Source: a virus. Taken from it: a stretch of DNA of 60,451 bases. Made by a program: the position numbers and the translations under genes. The DNA is taken from IMG/VR virus record IMGVR_UViG_3300043449_000416, positions 1-60,451 of that record, one strand, 5' to 3'. Shown in pieces: positions 9,664 to 18,797 of the stretch (within the stretch, counting starts at the first letter, position 1; every line of letters starts with the position of its first letter). Below the pieces are notes generated by a model. The model saw nothing but the letters and a program-made list of their open reading frames with translations, searched no databases and was not told where the DNA came from.

Positions 9664-10482
9664 TCACGCCGCGATGGTTGTCCAAATGGTCGGTGGAGTC
9701 GGCCCCACCGCTGTCCATGAATTTATAGCATCTGGATTGACTTCCGTCCATGTCGAACCGGGATTTGGCACGATACTGCCCCAAACTGTCGCCTGACCAA
9801 TACGGCCAGTGGCACTAACACCGAGCGGAATGACGTTAGCAGAGCCTGTGGCACCAAGGGTGCCGATTGCGCCAGTGGCAGAAACACTAGTAACTGCGGC
9901 GTTAACGTCGATAACTACAAGCACATTTCCGACTGCGTTAGTAGCAGAAACACCGACTAAAGTTAGGTTCGCATCGGCAGACACTGTAGCGTCGCCAACT
10001 TGACCTGTACCGCTTACGCCGGACACAAGGGCGTTAGCAGAGACCGTTACGGTAACGGTACCCACAAAACCACTTGCCACGACACCTTCAATGTCTGGGA
10101 ATACGGCGCTACCAAGCTGCCCGGTCGCTACCACTCCCGTAGGTGAAACGACGGCGGACCCAGAAACAGTAGGCGTTCCTGTCTGACCTGTCGCGGATAC
10201 ACCAACAAGAGAAGCTGTGACTGCTGCGCTTACAGCTACGGAGCCTACGGCACCTGTAGCCGCGACACCTGTGGGTGTGGTAACAGCACTGCCTGTTAGT
10301 GTAACGGAGCCTACGGCACCTGTAGCCGCGACACCCGTGGGTGTGATAACAGCGTTACCCGTTGCCGTAATGGAGCCTATAGAACCTGTAGCCGCAACAC
10401 CCGTAACAAGAACGGTGACGTTAACCGCCACTACCCCTATGTCGGCGAGGGGGGAAGATGCAAGTGGCGTAAAGCCTAGCAT
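9664..10482 (-). CDS. Repeat-containing fibre-like protein
   Basis: 272 aa with tandemly repeated peptide units (VAATGAVGSVTLTGSAVTTPTG...), mirrored by tandem nucleotide repeats. Confidence 0.45.
   Translation of the reverse strand: MLGFTPLASSPLADIGVVAVNVTVLVTGVAATGSIGSITATGNAVITPTGVAATGAVGSVTLTGSAVTTPTGVAATGAVGSVAVSAAVTASLVGVSATGQTGTPTVSGSAVVSPTGVVATGQLGSAVFPDIEGVVASGFVGTVTVTVSANALVSGVSGTGQVGDATVSADANLTLVGVSATNAVGNVLVVIDVNAAVTSVSATGAIGTLGATGSANVIPLGVSATGRIGQATVWGSIVPNPGSTWTEVNPDAINSWTAVGPTPPTIWTTIAA
10234..10347. repeat. Tandem roughly 57-bp direct repeat inside the fibre-like gene
   Basis: Unit gagcctacggcacctgtagccgcgacacc(t/c)gtgggtgtg(g/a)taacagc occurs twice in succession, with partial flanking copies. 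Confidence 0.6.
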
Positions 10483-10490
10483 GGCTTACC

Positions 10491-10967
10491 TCATGGTTTT
10501 ACAGGCCACGTCACGCTGAGCGGGAACCCTTCTTGTAGAGGTATACCACGAAGTGCCCTACGATACGATAACCATTTGGCTGGTACTGGGACGCCAATCT
10601 CCATGGATTTAACAATAACCCAATCCGTCTCAAGAAGTAGTCGGTCCCGTTCGATGCGGACAGATGAGGACTGTGATGCTTCGCTCTGCTGTAGTTCCTC
10701 TGCCGTTAGGTCGCGGACGGTGTGGACAGTTTCCCAGCGGCCCAGCGTCGCATTGAAAACGCAGCTCGTAATAGTGGCTTCCTGAGTATGCGTATCATAC
10801 TGAACCTCTACCTCGTAGACAGGAAATACGCCATACGACGTCAAGGTCTGCTCCGTTGGATGAAGCGGAAAACTCGTGTCCGGGTTATCTTGAAACAGTT
10901 GCCGTACAGAGTAAGGGAACTGCACGACGGAGCCGTCTTTGGTTAGAACGTGCATATTCATCTCCAT
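10491..10967 (-). CDS. Hypothetical protein (158 aa)
   Basis: ORF in the tail-fibre region. Confidence 0.45.
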   Translation of the reverse strand: MEMNMHVLTKDGSVVQFPYSVRQLFQDNPDTSFPLHPTEQTLTSYGVFPVYEVEVQYDTHTQEATITSCVFNATLGRWETVHTVRDLTAEELQQSEASQSSSVRIERDRLLLETDWVIVKSMEIGVPVPAKWLSYRRALRGIPLQEGFPLSVTWPVKP

Positions 10968-11629
10968 GAGACTGCCGCAATGGATATAGTACCCGATGTA
11001 CTGGTCGTCGCAGTCTCGACAAAGCTCGCAGTGTCATTTAGCGGTAGGATATTCGCAACTGCCATTGTCGCTCTTGCGTCTGGGCTGCCATCATAATTCT
11101 CGGTAGCACTGGACCATGTAGTTGTCCGGCCTGAGCCGGTTGGTCCAACAACAAAAAGTGTCGCTCCCCGAGCGCTTAGGTTAATTGTGGCGGTACGGGT
11201 CGTCACGGATGTCACGGTCGTCGCAGAAAAAGTGCTCGTGGGTGTCGAGCTTTTCCATGCCGTCAAGGTATAAACAGCTAGGTTACACGCATCCACCTGA
11301 GCAGACCAAGTAATGACAATATCTGCCGTTGTTCCAGATGTTACCAAGCGCGATGCGATACCGCACTGGATTGTGGCAGCGCCGCTAACTACGCTTGGTG
11401 AAGCCGCATGAACAGTAGCTGCAGTGCCCCCGATGGTCACGGACGATAGGGTATTCTCCGCACTGCTCCGCCCCGCCGCACAGGCAATGACAACGAGACG
11501 GTCATCGCTGGCAGTTCCAATAGATACCCCGGTAAAGGTATAAGTTGTCAGCTTCGAGAGGCTTGAAGTCTGGGTTATATAGGTCAACCGTGCCGCGACG
11601 GGGACAGACCGGAGCTTGTCGGACAGCAT
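10958..11629 (-). CDS. Hypothetical structural protein (start at internal Met MLSDKL)
   Basis: ORF 10958..11761; its 5' extension overlaps the upstream gene, and the internal Met at 11629 gives a 1-nt stop/start overlap. Thr/Ser-rich. Confidence 0.4.
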   Translation of the reverse strand: MLSDKLRSVPVAARLTYITQTSSLSKLTTYTFTGVSIGTASDDRLVVIACAAGRSSAENTLSSVTIGGTAATVHAASPSVVSGAATIQCGIASRLVTSGTTADIVITWSAQVDACNLAVYTLTAWKSSTPTSTFSATTVTSVTTRTATINLSARGATLFVVGPTGSGRTTTWSSATENYDGSPDARATMAVANILPLNDTASFVETATTSTSGTISIAAVSWR

Positions 11630-12291
11630 TAGGTTACCTGCCCGGTCAGGACGCCATAGATAGTCGTACCGACCTTCCAAAGGACAATAACAGTATTTCC
11701 GCTGGCAGGGGCCAACGTGGGCGCAGTTCCGCCAACCCACGTCACGGGTACAGATGTCCATGTGATTGTAAAAGACGACGCACTGTCATTGATCATAAAG
11801 GTAATGGACTGACCAGCAGCCCAAGTTCCCGCTGTGGGTGTCGAGTTGGCACTGAGCGTCCACGTCTGGATAGAACCATTGGTAGGCGACAGTGCGGGTG
11901 TCGTGCCAGTGACGGCAAAGATTTCTTCTGTGTAGCCGTCATTCAGGACAGCGCCAGTCAGCGTCTTATTGCTCAGGGTCTGCGTATTGTCTGGAGACAC
12001 AAGGTCCGCCGCCGCCGCTGTGACGAAGACCGTCGCAGTGCCGGAGAGGTTTAGCAGTGATCCGGTCGAAGACTGCACCAAAGATCGAGTAAGGGTCGTA
12101 CCGGACGATGTGTACGTACCGGTCCCGATTTCCCAAGCAGTTCCGTCTTCGATAACGTAGCTCACGCTGTCTGCGTTGGCGACGCCCGCTGCGGTAAAGG
12201 TCTGGTAGCCAGTTGAAGCGGAGCCAAGCGTAATAGTTCCAGTGCCAGTCGTGGCAGTGGTCATCTTTGCCCGGTTTACGAACTTCGGCAT
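11629..12291 (-). CDS. Tail-fibre-like protein
   Basis: 220 aa; Thr/Gly/Ser-rich with [17 protein letters not shown]...EIGTGTY-type motifs. Confidence 0.45.
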   Translation of the reverse strand: MPKFVNRAKMTTATTGTGTITLGSASTGYQTFTAAGVANADSVSYVIEDGTAWEIGTGTYTSSGTTLTRSLVQSSTGSLLNLSGTATVFVTAAAADLVSPDNTQTLSNKTLTGAVLNDGYTEEIFAVTGTTPALSPTNGSIQTWTLSANSTPTAGTWAAGQSITFMINDSASSFTITWTSVPVTWVGGTAPTLAPASGNTVIVLWKVGTTIYGVLTGQVT

Positions 12292-12314
12292 ATCAGCCCT
12301 CCACCTCGGCTAGG

Positions 12315-12758
12315 TTACGCGATGCGGATGATGGCGTTGGAAGCGTCAGCTGTAGGAAACTGGATGGTAAACGTACCAGAAGTTGACGTTTTGTCAGCCC
12401 CGAAGTCCAACACTGCCACCGAAGGGTTGGTGTAGGTATGCGTCGGAGTCGTGTTGTAGATCAACGCACCGCGAGCAGTGATCGTGGCCGACGTAAATGA
12501 GATATCGGCGAAGTCAGTGAACGCTGTGGTGCCCGACGTCGTTGGCGAGATGTTGGTCAAGGTGCCCCCACCCGCAGCGTAAGTGCCGGAGTTTGCGACC
12601 TCGTTGGTCGAACTGTACGCAGTGGTGGTTGCATCCAAAGTAGCCGCACTCGAGTAGAGAGCGATCTTAAATGTGTCCCCGCCCGTGGTGCGAAAATCGT
12701 GCGCGGCTTCAAGAAGCTGACTCTTGAACGAGGTGCACATTGCTTGTGTGATGGCCAA
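12315..12758 (-). CDS. Hypothetical structural protein (147 aa)
   Basis: Thr/Ser/Ala-rich ORF in the structural arm. Confidence 0.45.
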   Translation of the reverse strand: MAITQAMCTSFKSQLLEAAHDFRTTGGDTFKIALYSSAATLDATTTAYSSTNEVANSGTYAAGGGTLTNISPTTSGTTAFTDFADISFTSATITARGALIYNTTPTHTYTNPSVAVLDFGADKTSTSGTFTIQFPTADASNAIIRIA

Positions 12759-12767
12759 GATAGCCTC

Positions 12768-13055
12768 CTATAGCTTGCGAATGGCGTCAGCGAGTTGTAG
12801 ATGGCCCGCCTGTACGAGCGCATTATACACAGTTACACGGTCGTTGGTAACTGCCTCTTTCATGTAGTGGGTAAGCACATGGGTGATGGCTGCGCGATAG
12901 GCTTTTGCCTGCTCACGAATAGCCGGATGAGCGTCTTCTGAGACGTTAATAATCTTGGTTGCGCAGAGTTCTGCGAGCTCCTCGGGTGTATGTCCCCGAC
13001 CCTCGGTAGTCGACACCGATACGATGCCGGGCAAAGCGGACCCCATAAACATCAA
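12768..13055 (-). CDS. Hypothetical protein (95 aa)
   Basis: ORF with coupled overlap to the downstream gene. Confidence 0.4.
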   Translation of the reverse strand: MMFMGSALPGIVSVSTTEGRGHTPEELAELCATKIINVSEDAHPAIREQAKAYRAAITHVLTHYMKEAVTNDRVTVYNALVQAGHLQLADAIRKL

Positions 13056-13702
13056 CCAACTCCAGACATCTGCCCGTCGCGGTAGTCGTCCCGCTTGGAG
13101 CGTAAATCAATGCCAAAGAGCTGCGCCATGGCTTCCATATACCGGTTTGTGTAGAGCTGTAGCATATCAGCATCCCCCTTTAGATAGGTATACGCTTCAA
13201 CGAGCGAACCATACAAGAGGGCAGTCTCGGCGTTAGTTCCGAGCCACGAGGTGCCTGTATCCACGATAGACGGTGGATCGTAATAGTAATGCAGCTCAAC
13301 GGTATAGGCCGCGTTCGGCGTAGGGCCAAGAATGAAGTTGCCCTCGGTCACCCCAGTTTGATCACCGTCAAACTGCGCGTAATACTTTGGCAATCCCTGC
13401 GTCGTCGGGCCCGGGTAGGCCTCGCGGATGAAGTTCACATCCTTATCGTAGAGGTAGCTGTAGTTCCCAGAACCATCAACAACGGCCATAGAGAACACTG
13501 ACAAGAAATCAGAAGGCCGGGCAAGATATTGATTGCCCAGCGTCGTAGCAGCGGTAGCGTTCTTACGCAGTTCTGGGATCTGCACTGAGCGGTAGATGCG
13601 CTCCTCAGCCTGCCGAACAAACGTAGGGATGTTAGAAACAAAGGAGGTTTCCTGAGTCTCGAGATAATCCTGTAGTGCGGCGGTGAGTTGCGTATAGTTC
13701 AT
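13052..13702 (-). CDS. Hypothetical structural protein (216 aa; possible head-tail adaptor)
   Basis: ORF in the head-tail joining region; no diagnostic motif recognised. Confidence 0.4.
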   Translation of the reverse strand: MNYTQLTAALQDYLETQETSFVSNIPTFVRQAEERIYRSVQIPELRKNATAATTLGNQYLARPSDFLSVFSMAVVDGSGNYSYLYDKDVNFIREAYPGPTTQGLPKYYAQFDGDQTGVTEGNFILGPTPNAAYTVELHYYYDPPSIVDTGTSWLGTNAETALLYGSLVEAYTYLKGDADMLQLYTNRYMEAMAQLFGIDLRSKRDDYRDGQMSGVG

Positions 13703-13705
13703 CTA

Positions 13706-14059
13706 TCAGCCGTTCTTGCTAAAGTTACCGCCCTTGGTGGCTGCGCCCATACCGCGAGCCTTACCGCCCATAGCCATGCGAGCTTCTTTTTTCTCCATGG
13801 GCATGGATTCCTTGCCCTCGTGCTTCATCATTGCGGCCTTGGACTTGTACATCTCCTTGCCGCCGTACTCAGAGATTTTACCACCCATAGCCATCTTACC
13901 AACCCCATCGGCAGCAAAGGCTGGGACTTTCTTGCCGCCTTTTTTAACCATTTTAAGCTTTCCGCCAGCAGCCATGCCGTGAGCCTTGCCCTTCATCATG
14001 GTGCCATCAGGCATCTTGTGCACTGCGCCGCCCTTGGCTTTAGTCATGCAGTTCGCCAT
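13706..14059 (-). CDS. Lys/Gly/Met-rich low-complexity basic protein (117 aa)
   Basis: Repeated KxxGGK / MAMGGK motifs (HGMAAGGKLKMVKKGGKK...ARMAMGGKARGMG). Confidence 0.45.
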   Translation of the reverse strand: MANCMTKAKGGAVHKMPDGTMMKGKAHGMAAGGKLKMVKKGGKKVPAFAADGVGKMAMGGKISEYGGKEMYKSKAAMMKHEGKESMPMEKKEARMAMGGKARGMGAATKGGNFSKNG

Positions 14060-14069
14060 CTCGATCTCC

Positions 14070-14381
14070 TTACGATGTGACCACAGTCACGGTTCCAACA
14101 GACCCTACCATATCCTGAATAGGGTTCCAAACAGGATTCCAACCAAAGAGCCCGTCCCCCGGGGAGTAGTCTGGGCGTGGGTTCTGCAGAGCCTGCGGAT
14201 CATTGATCTTCACACGCCCCAAGAAGTTCTGGGGTTGGTCAGGGTCAACAATATCGCGGCCCACTCGAAAGCCCGTCTTAACGCCGTTTTGATACTCCCA
14301 GACGAGGTCTGAGAGTTTATAGGTACGCCCACTGCGGTCGCAGATGCCGAGGGCTTTACTTCCCCGTGCGTATGCGGGCAT
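14070..14381 (-). CDS. Hypothetical protein (103 aa)
   Basis: ORF with coupled overlap to the upstream gene. Confidence 0.45.
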   Translation of the reverse strand: MPAYARGSKALGICDRSGRTYKLSDLVWEYQNGVKTGFRVGRDIVDPDQPQNFLGRVKINDPQALQNPRPDYSPGDGLFGWNPVWNPIQDMVGSVGTVTVVTS

Positions 14382-15067
14382 CAGAAACCCCCAATCATCA
14401 TCGTATTGAACGGCACAAAACTAACCGATGAGCGGTCACGATCTTCGCTTGCGGCCAGTTCAAACTGCTCTTCATAGACCTGCTTCAATGGCAGAATACG
14501 GGCAGCTGCATCGGGCTTCTTCATGGCAATGTAATAGGCCAGACCTGCGACAAGCGCGGGGACAAACCGCGGAGGGATATTAGTGGTATCCGCGCCGATG
14601 CCCGAGGCCAATCCATCAATGCCTTTCAGGCGGTAGTAGAATAGGGTGTAGCTTTGAGAGCTGTCGGGTGTAGGCCACAGCGTAACTGTCGTGCTCGTCG
14701 CTAGCCGCTGCACAAAAATCTGAGTCGGGCGACCCGTGATCTGCTTGTTAGTCTGCTGGGCATAGGTCGACACGGAAATGCGCTCAAGTGCGGTGTCCGC
14801 CTGCGCAGTGCCGGTTCCAGTACGCATCTGATGCTCGATAATATCAATCGTGCCCGTCGGCAGAGTATAGGTCGCAGTTCCTGCTACCAAGGCAAGCGTG
14901 CCCGCCTCAATGGTAAACAAGTTCAAGCCTCGGTTAGCCCACTCGAGTGTCATAAGATTCAGAGACCGGCGAGCCGTCTTTAGGTCATACCCCGAACGCA
15001 TCTCCAGCCCAGCCCGCTCAAAGGCCTCTTCAAAGAGTTCCGGTAGATCGGGTACGATGACGGCCAT
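14381..15067 (-). CDS. Hypothetical structural protein (228 aa)
   Basis: ORF in the structural arm. Confidence 0.5.
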   Translation of the reverse strand: MAVIVPDLPELFEEAFERAGLEMRSGYDLKTARRSLNLMTLEWANRGLNLFTIEAGTLALVAGTATYTLPTGTIDIIEHQMRTGTGTAQADTALERISVSTYAQQTNKQITGRPTQIFVQRLATSTTVTLWPTPDSSQSYTLFYYRLKGIDGLASGIGADTTNIPPRFVPALVAGLAYYIAMKKPDAAARILPLKQVYEEQFELAASEDRDRSSVSFVPFNTMMIGGF

Positions 15068-15070
15068 GAT

Positions 15071-15451
15071 TTAGTCCCTGAATTTTGCGGTCTTCTTCGC
15101 AATGCGTTTCGGCTGGGCCACGAACTGCTTGCCCTTGGCAGTGCCCTCGCGCTTGGCTCGAGTAGTAGCAGCATACTCCGCAGGGCTCAGCGCGTCACGT
15201 GCCTTTTTCGGGAGGTAGCGCTCGCCTGTCTTTCCAGAGGGCTTGCCGCTCTTTGTCCCCCAGTCCTCTTTTCCCCACTTACTTAGGGATTTCTGAGCGG
15301 CGGTCTTCTCACCTGAATACCCGCCGCCCTTTTCTTTGTAGATTTTCCCAGCGAGTTGCATGGCCCGGGCGGAATGTTTCCCGCCCATCTTGGCCTTGGC
15401 TTGCACCTTGGACTGTTCCCATAGCTTCTCGTTGGTACGACCCATGATCAC
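15071..15451 (-). CDS. Basic Lys-rich protein (126 aa)
   Basis: Lys/Gly-rich (KMGGKHS...KEKGGGYSGEKT...SGKPSGKTG...); part of the small-basic-protein cluster. Confidence 0.45.
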   Translation of the reverse strand: MIMGRTNEKLWEQSKVQAKAKMGGKHSARAMQLAGKIYKEKGGGYSGEKTAAQKSLSKWGKEDWGTKSGKPSGKTGERYLPKKARDALSPAEYAATTRAKREGTAKGKQFVAQPKRIAKKTAKFRD

Positions 15452-15453
15452 TT

Positions 15454-15590
15454 AAAGCCCTTTGAGCACTTCGCTGCGCGGGCGCAGTCAGCCGGATATC
15501 CGCACTGATTGCAGGGTGTAAACTGAGGAGCCTGCTCCACAGTTTCTGCTTTTGGCGGAGTTTCCATCTTTGTGGGCTTCTTGGCCATCA
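15454..15590 (-). CDS. Small Cys-containing protein (about 46 aa), possible zinc ribbon
   Basis: Manual translation MAKKPTKMETPPKAETVEQAPQFTPCNQCGYPADCARAAKCSKGFK; not in the ORF track (below its size cutoff). Confidence 0.3.
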
Positions 15591-16142
15591 GTACATCTTC
15601 CCTTTGGTGTTGCCCTTCATGCAGCAGCCGTCGCCGCGGGTCATGCCGCCCTTAGCCATTTTCTTGACAACGCCACCCTTTTTCATGGGCATAGCTCGCT
15701 GCATTGTCTCGGGCGCGCTACCCATCATGCGTGTAGGTGTAGCCTGAGCTGCTTGAGCTGCTTGCATTGCCATAGCTGCCCGTAGGTCTGACTGCATTGG
15801 TGGCATCGGAGCCATCACGCCAGAGAGGGCCGGTCTGGGCCCCGCAGTACCTTGTATGCCTCCGGGTTGTGATACTAGGGCACGGTCCGGCATTCCGCCG
15901 CGCTCCATTTGGCGCATACCGCGCTCTTGTTGGCGCTCCATTCGGCGCATGTCGCCCTGACTAAGACCGTTAGGACCGCCCATAGGGCCATTAGGACCGC
16001 CCATAGGACGACCACCCGGCATAGGAGCACCGGGGCCACCCGGCATAGCTGATGCCATGCCGCCAAACATCATTTTCTTGACCTTCTTTGGCTTCGACTT
16101 CGGGGCAGTGGCGATCTGCTTCCCCATATTTCCACGGTTCAT
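15588..16142 (-). CDS. Met/Gly/Pro-rich low-complexity protein (184 aa)
   Basis: Repeats PMGGPNGPMGGPNG and MRRMERQQERGMRQMERGGM; C-terminus KKGGVVKKMAKGGMTRG. Confidence 0.45.
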   Translation of the reverse strand: MNRGNMGKQIATAPKSKPKKVKKMMFGGMASAMPGGPGAPMPGGRPMGGPNGPMGGPNGLSQGDMRRMERQQERGMRQMERGGMPDRALVSQPGGIQGTAGPRPALSGVMAPMPPMQSDLRAAMAMQAAQAAQATPTRMMGSAPETMQRAMPMKKGGVVKKMAKGGMTRGDGCCMKGNTKGKMY

Positions 16143-16279
16143 TTCTTTTTCCCTTTCTTGGCTACGCCCTTGATAGAGCCTTTGTTCTCAGCGGCGTAGA
16201 AGACGCGGTCACCGCGCTCTTTGCCATACTGCTTTTCCATAGCCGCCTTAATCTTTTTGCCTTTAGCAGTCAGTGGCAT
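16139..16279 (-). CDS. Small basic protein (about 46 aa)
   Basis: Manual translation MPLTAKGKKIKAAMEKQYGKERGDRVFYAAENKGSIKGVAKKGKKK; ATGA overlap with the downstream gene. Confidence 0.3.
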   Translation of the reverse strand: MPLTAKGKKIKAAMEKQYGKERGDRVFYAAENKGSIKGVAKKGKKK

Positions 16280-16288
16280 GTCAGTACC

Positions 16289-16540
16289 TCAGCAATTCCA
16301 AGCGCGCAGCGAGAGCGCCTTGCGTGTGGGTTTACCTTTTTCATCCTTCATCGGACCGGGCATGCCACTCATGCGGGCGCAGAACGACTTGCGCCGCGCT
16401 GCGTCTTTCGGGGTTTTTGGGTTCGGCGCTGGCGGCTTGAGGTTCATACCCTGAGCCTTGGCGGACGCCCGCCCTTTTGCATTTAGGCCCCCCTTCGGGT
16501 CTTTGCCTTCTTTGCGAGTCCACGCGGGCGTCTTTGCCAT
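16289..16540 (-). CDS. Small basic protein (about 83 aa; start at internal Met MAKTPAWTRK)
   Basis: Lys/Pro/Gly-rich; the 5' extension of the track ORF overlaps the neighbouring gene. Confidence 0.35.
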   Translation of the reverse strand: MAKTPAWTRKEGKDPKGGLNAKGRASAKAQGMNLKPPAPNPKTPKDAARRKSFCARMSGMPGPMKDEKGKPTRKALSLRAWNC

Positions 16541-16544
16541 GGTA

Positions 16545-16820
16545 TTACGACCAGAACAGGGTCTGTGCGGTGACGTTAGTGGCGGTTGCCACGAACGGAT
16601 CAGCCTCAAAAAGAACACCCGTGCCGGGGATAAAGATGTCGTAAGTACCGGCGGCACCAAAATCCATGTCGATCTTAGTAGTTCCGCCACTTCCACTCGT
16701 GAGAGTGACACGCCCAGCACCGCTAAGCGTGACAACAACCATCCTGATCCTTGCGCGACCGATACCTACAGCACCTGTTGCGGTTACCCGTTTGGAACTT
16801 ACGTCATATTCATCGGCCAT
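16545..16820 (-). CDS. Hypothetical protein (91 aa)
   Basis: ORF in the structural arm. Confidence 0.4.
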   Translation of the reverse strand: MADEYDVSSKRVTATGAVGIGRARIRMVVVTLSGAGRVTLTSGSGGTTKIDMDFGAAGTYDIFIPGTGVLFEADPFVATATNVTAQTLFWS

Positions 16821-16832
16821 GTGGGCCTCCTA

Positions 16833-17102
16833 TTAGCTAAGAGCTGCGCCAACAGCAGTGACCCATGCGGAGCCTGTCGAAACAACAAGGCAGTACTCGT
16901 TGTTAGCCACACCGTTGTCGTTGATGAGACGGACCTGACCGGCGTTGCCCGCGGCAGCCGTCGGCAGTGAGGCGGTTGCGATAGCGGTGAGCTTGACGAA
17001 GCTGGTGACGGTCACGTCACCAGAGACAGCGCCGATGAAGCCGTTCTCAGACGTTACCGGTCCCGAGAAAGTTGTAGAAGCCATGGAAATACCCCTTTGC
17101 AC
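16833..17102 (-). CDS. Hypothetical small structural protein (89 aa)
   Basis: ORF downstream of the HNH and capsid genes. Confidence 0.4.
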   Translation of the reverse strand: MQRGISMASTTFSGPVTSENGFIGAVSGDVTVTSFVKLTAIATASLPTAAAGNAGQVRLINDNGVANNEYCLVVSTGSAWVTAVGAALS

Positions 17103-17201
17103 AAGGATTCGCCGCGCAGTCTGTGCAACGTCAGGTCGGGCGTCCTGTCTGCGTGGCTGATGTTACCCTGTGGGGATTGTACACTACTATCGCCAACCGC
17201 G

Positions 17202-17771
17202 CTAGAGCCTGTTACTTTTGGAGCTGTTTTCTATGTGCGTGAGAATCTGTAAGTTCCACGGAACGTGAAGACCGCAAACGACTTCGGAGCGGAGTGGTAT
17301 AATGTGGTCGACGACATGCTTGATTCCGGTGTCGCGGGTAAGCCTGCGTGCCGCGAGATACATCTCACGAATTTGTAGCTTGTGCTCCGCGGTCAACCAC
17401 GGGGGCGAAGCGTTTCTAAGTCGCCGACGCCTGACGTTAACACCCAGCTGGACGTAGTCTGGGTTTCTAGCCTTCCACGCCCGCTTGTATTCACGGGTAG
17501 CTTCGGCAGACTGACTGGTGGCGCGGGCTAAAACTAACTCGCGATTGCGCTCATAATACCGACGACCCGCTGCCTTGGCAGCGTCGGATTTAGGCTGAGA
17601 TTTCCGACGCTCGTTATCTGTGGCCCAGTCCTCTTTCATGCACTCCACACAGGCACCCTTGGTTTTGCGTGGGGCTACGTGCCCACGCACGCAGGGCTCG
17701 CCGGTGAAGTAGTGTGTTGCGCCAAGAGCTTTGGCTTCTTTGCGGGTCTTTGGATATTCCATTTGCGCCAC
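17202..17771 (-). CDS. HNH endonuclease (free-standing, with N-terminal Cys-rich motif)
   Basis: C-terminal HVDHIIPLRSEVVCGLHVPWNLQILTHIENSSKSN is an HNH signature; N-terminus has a CxxxH...CxxC cluster. Confidence 0.75.
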   Translation of the reverse strand: MAQMEYPKTRKEAKALGATHYFTGEPCVRGHVAPRKTKGACVECMKEDWATDNERRKSQPKSDAAKAAGRRYYERNRELVLARATSQSAEATREYKRAWKARNPDYVQLGVNVRRRRLRNASPPWLTAEHKLQIREMYLAARRLTRDTGIKHVVDHIIPLRSEVVCGLHVPWNLQILTHIENSSKSNRL

Positions 17772-17878
17772 CTGTGGTTTTTGACACGGGTAACGTAAAC
17801 GGCGTAATGGCCGCGGTCAAGCGCAAAAGAAAAGGCCCGCCGAAGCGGGCCTTAACTCTGCTAAGTGCTTGATTTTCC

Positions 17879-18784
17879 TCAAGCGCCGGGAGAAGCGTAC
17901 ATCGCCAGCGGGTCGGAAACGCCGAAACTGTAGCGCTCCCTTGCTTTGTACCTCACGTTGCCAGTGTCAAAATCCCCGTCCATTGAAGTCGACATAGCGA
18001 CGCGAACGAAGTGCTTCATACCATTCGGGATGTCGGTGGTGAGGTACCACGCGTCATTGTCCGTCAGGTAGTGGTTGACGCGATACCCCTCGGGGATGGA
18101 CCCGTTGTTGTTAAGCGCGTTGATGTCGTTATCGGCGGTGCCGACACGCAGCTCGGTCTGCAGCAGACGAGTTGCAACAAACATCAGGCTCGGCGGAACA
18201 ATCAGCTTGCGCGGACGGGCAGCGATCAACAGACCACGTTCGTCTTTGTAAGCAGCGATGTCGATAACCGCTTGTTCCAGCGAGGTCTCGTTGAGGTCGG
18301 TGTCAACCGAAGGACGGTTGGCGTTAGTGCCGCCCGCAACGGTAGGGTGCGCGTTGTTGAACAAAGTTACGCCGTCACCCGAGGTGAAGGTCGTAAAGCC
18401 CGTATTCAGCAGCGAAGCAGCCTTGACCTGCTTGGTGTACGCCATGGCGCGAGCGAGCGCCTTGGTGTAGCGAGCCGAGAGCGAGTCGTACAGGTTGTCT
18501 TCCATAGCTTCTTCGGTGATCGAGAAGCCCATGGCCACCGTCTCGTGATTGTAACGAGCGGTGAACGATTCCTGTGCGTTGTCATACGAGATGGCAGAGC
18601 CTTCCGGTTTCACCGGAGCTGCGCCGAACCCGCTGAGCTTAACTTCCTCTTCAAAGCTACGCTCCGAAGTCTCGGTCTCATAAAACTCAGCATGCTCGTT
18701 TTCGTATTTGCCGTATTCAAGACCGAACAGGGCGTTAAGGCCCGGAAGCAGTTCTTTAAGGGCCTGTGCGCGTGAAATAGCCAT
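17879..18784 (-). CDS. Putative major capsid protein
   Basis: 301-aa ORF directly downstream of the scaffold-like gene; composition and position are consistent with an HK97-fold capsid protein. Confidence 0.5.
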   Translation of the reverse strand: MAISRAQALKELLPGLNALFGLEYGKYENEHAEFYETETSERSFEEEVKLSGFGAAPVKPEGSAISYDNAQESFTARYNHETVAMGFSITEEAMEDNLYDSLSARYTKALARAMAYTKQVKAASLLNTGFTTFTSGDGVTLFNNAHPTVAGGTNANRPSVDTDLNETSLEQAVIDIAAYKDERGLLIAARPRKLIVPPSLMFVATRLLQTELRVGTADNDINALNNNGSIPEGYRVNHYLTDNDAWYLTTDIPNGMKHFVRVAMSTSMDGDFDTGNVRYKARERYSFGVSDPLAMYASPGA

Positions 18785-18797
18785 GTGTCAGCCCTCC

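Noticed and set aside
18011-18775. Plus-strand 254-aa ORF opposite the capsid gene (and similar long antisense ORFs such as 21461..22174, 24611..25441, 24973..25827, 35938..36423)
   Set aside because: Arg/Val-rich composition typical of spurious frames in GC-rich DNA; they overlap well-supported genes on the other strand and lack RBS or operon context.
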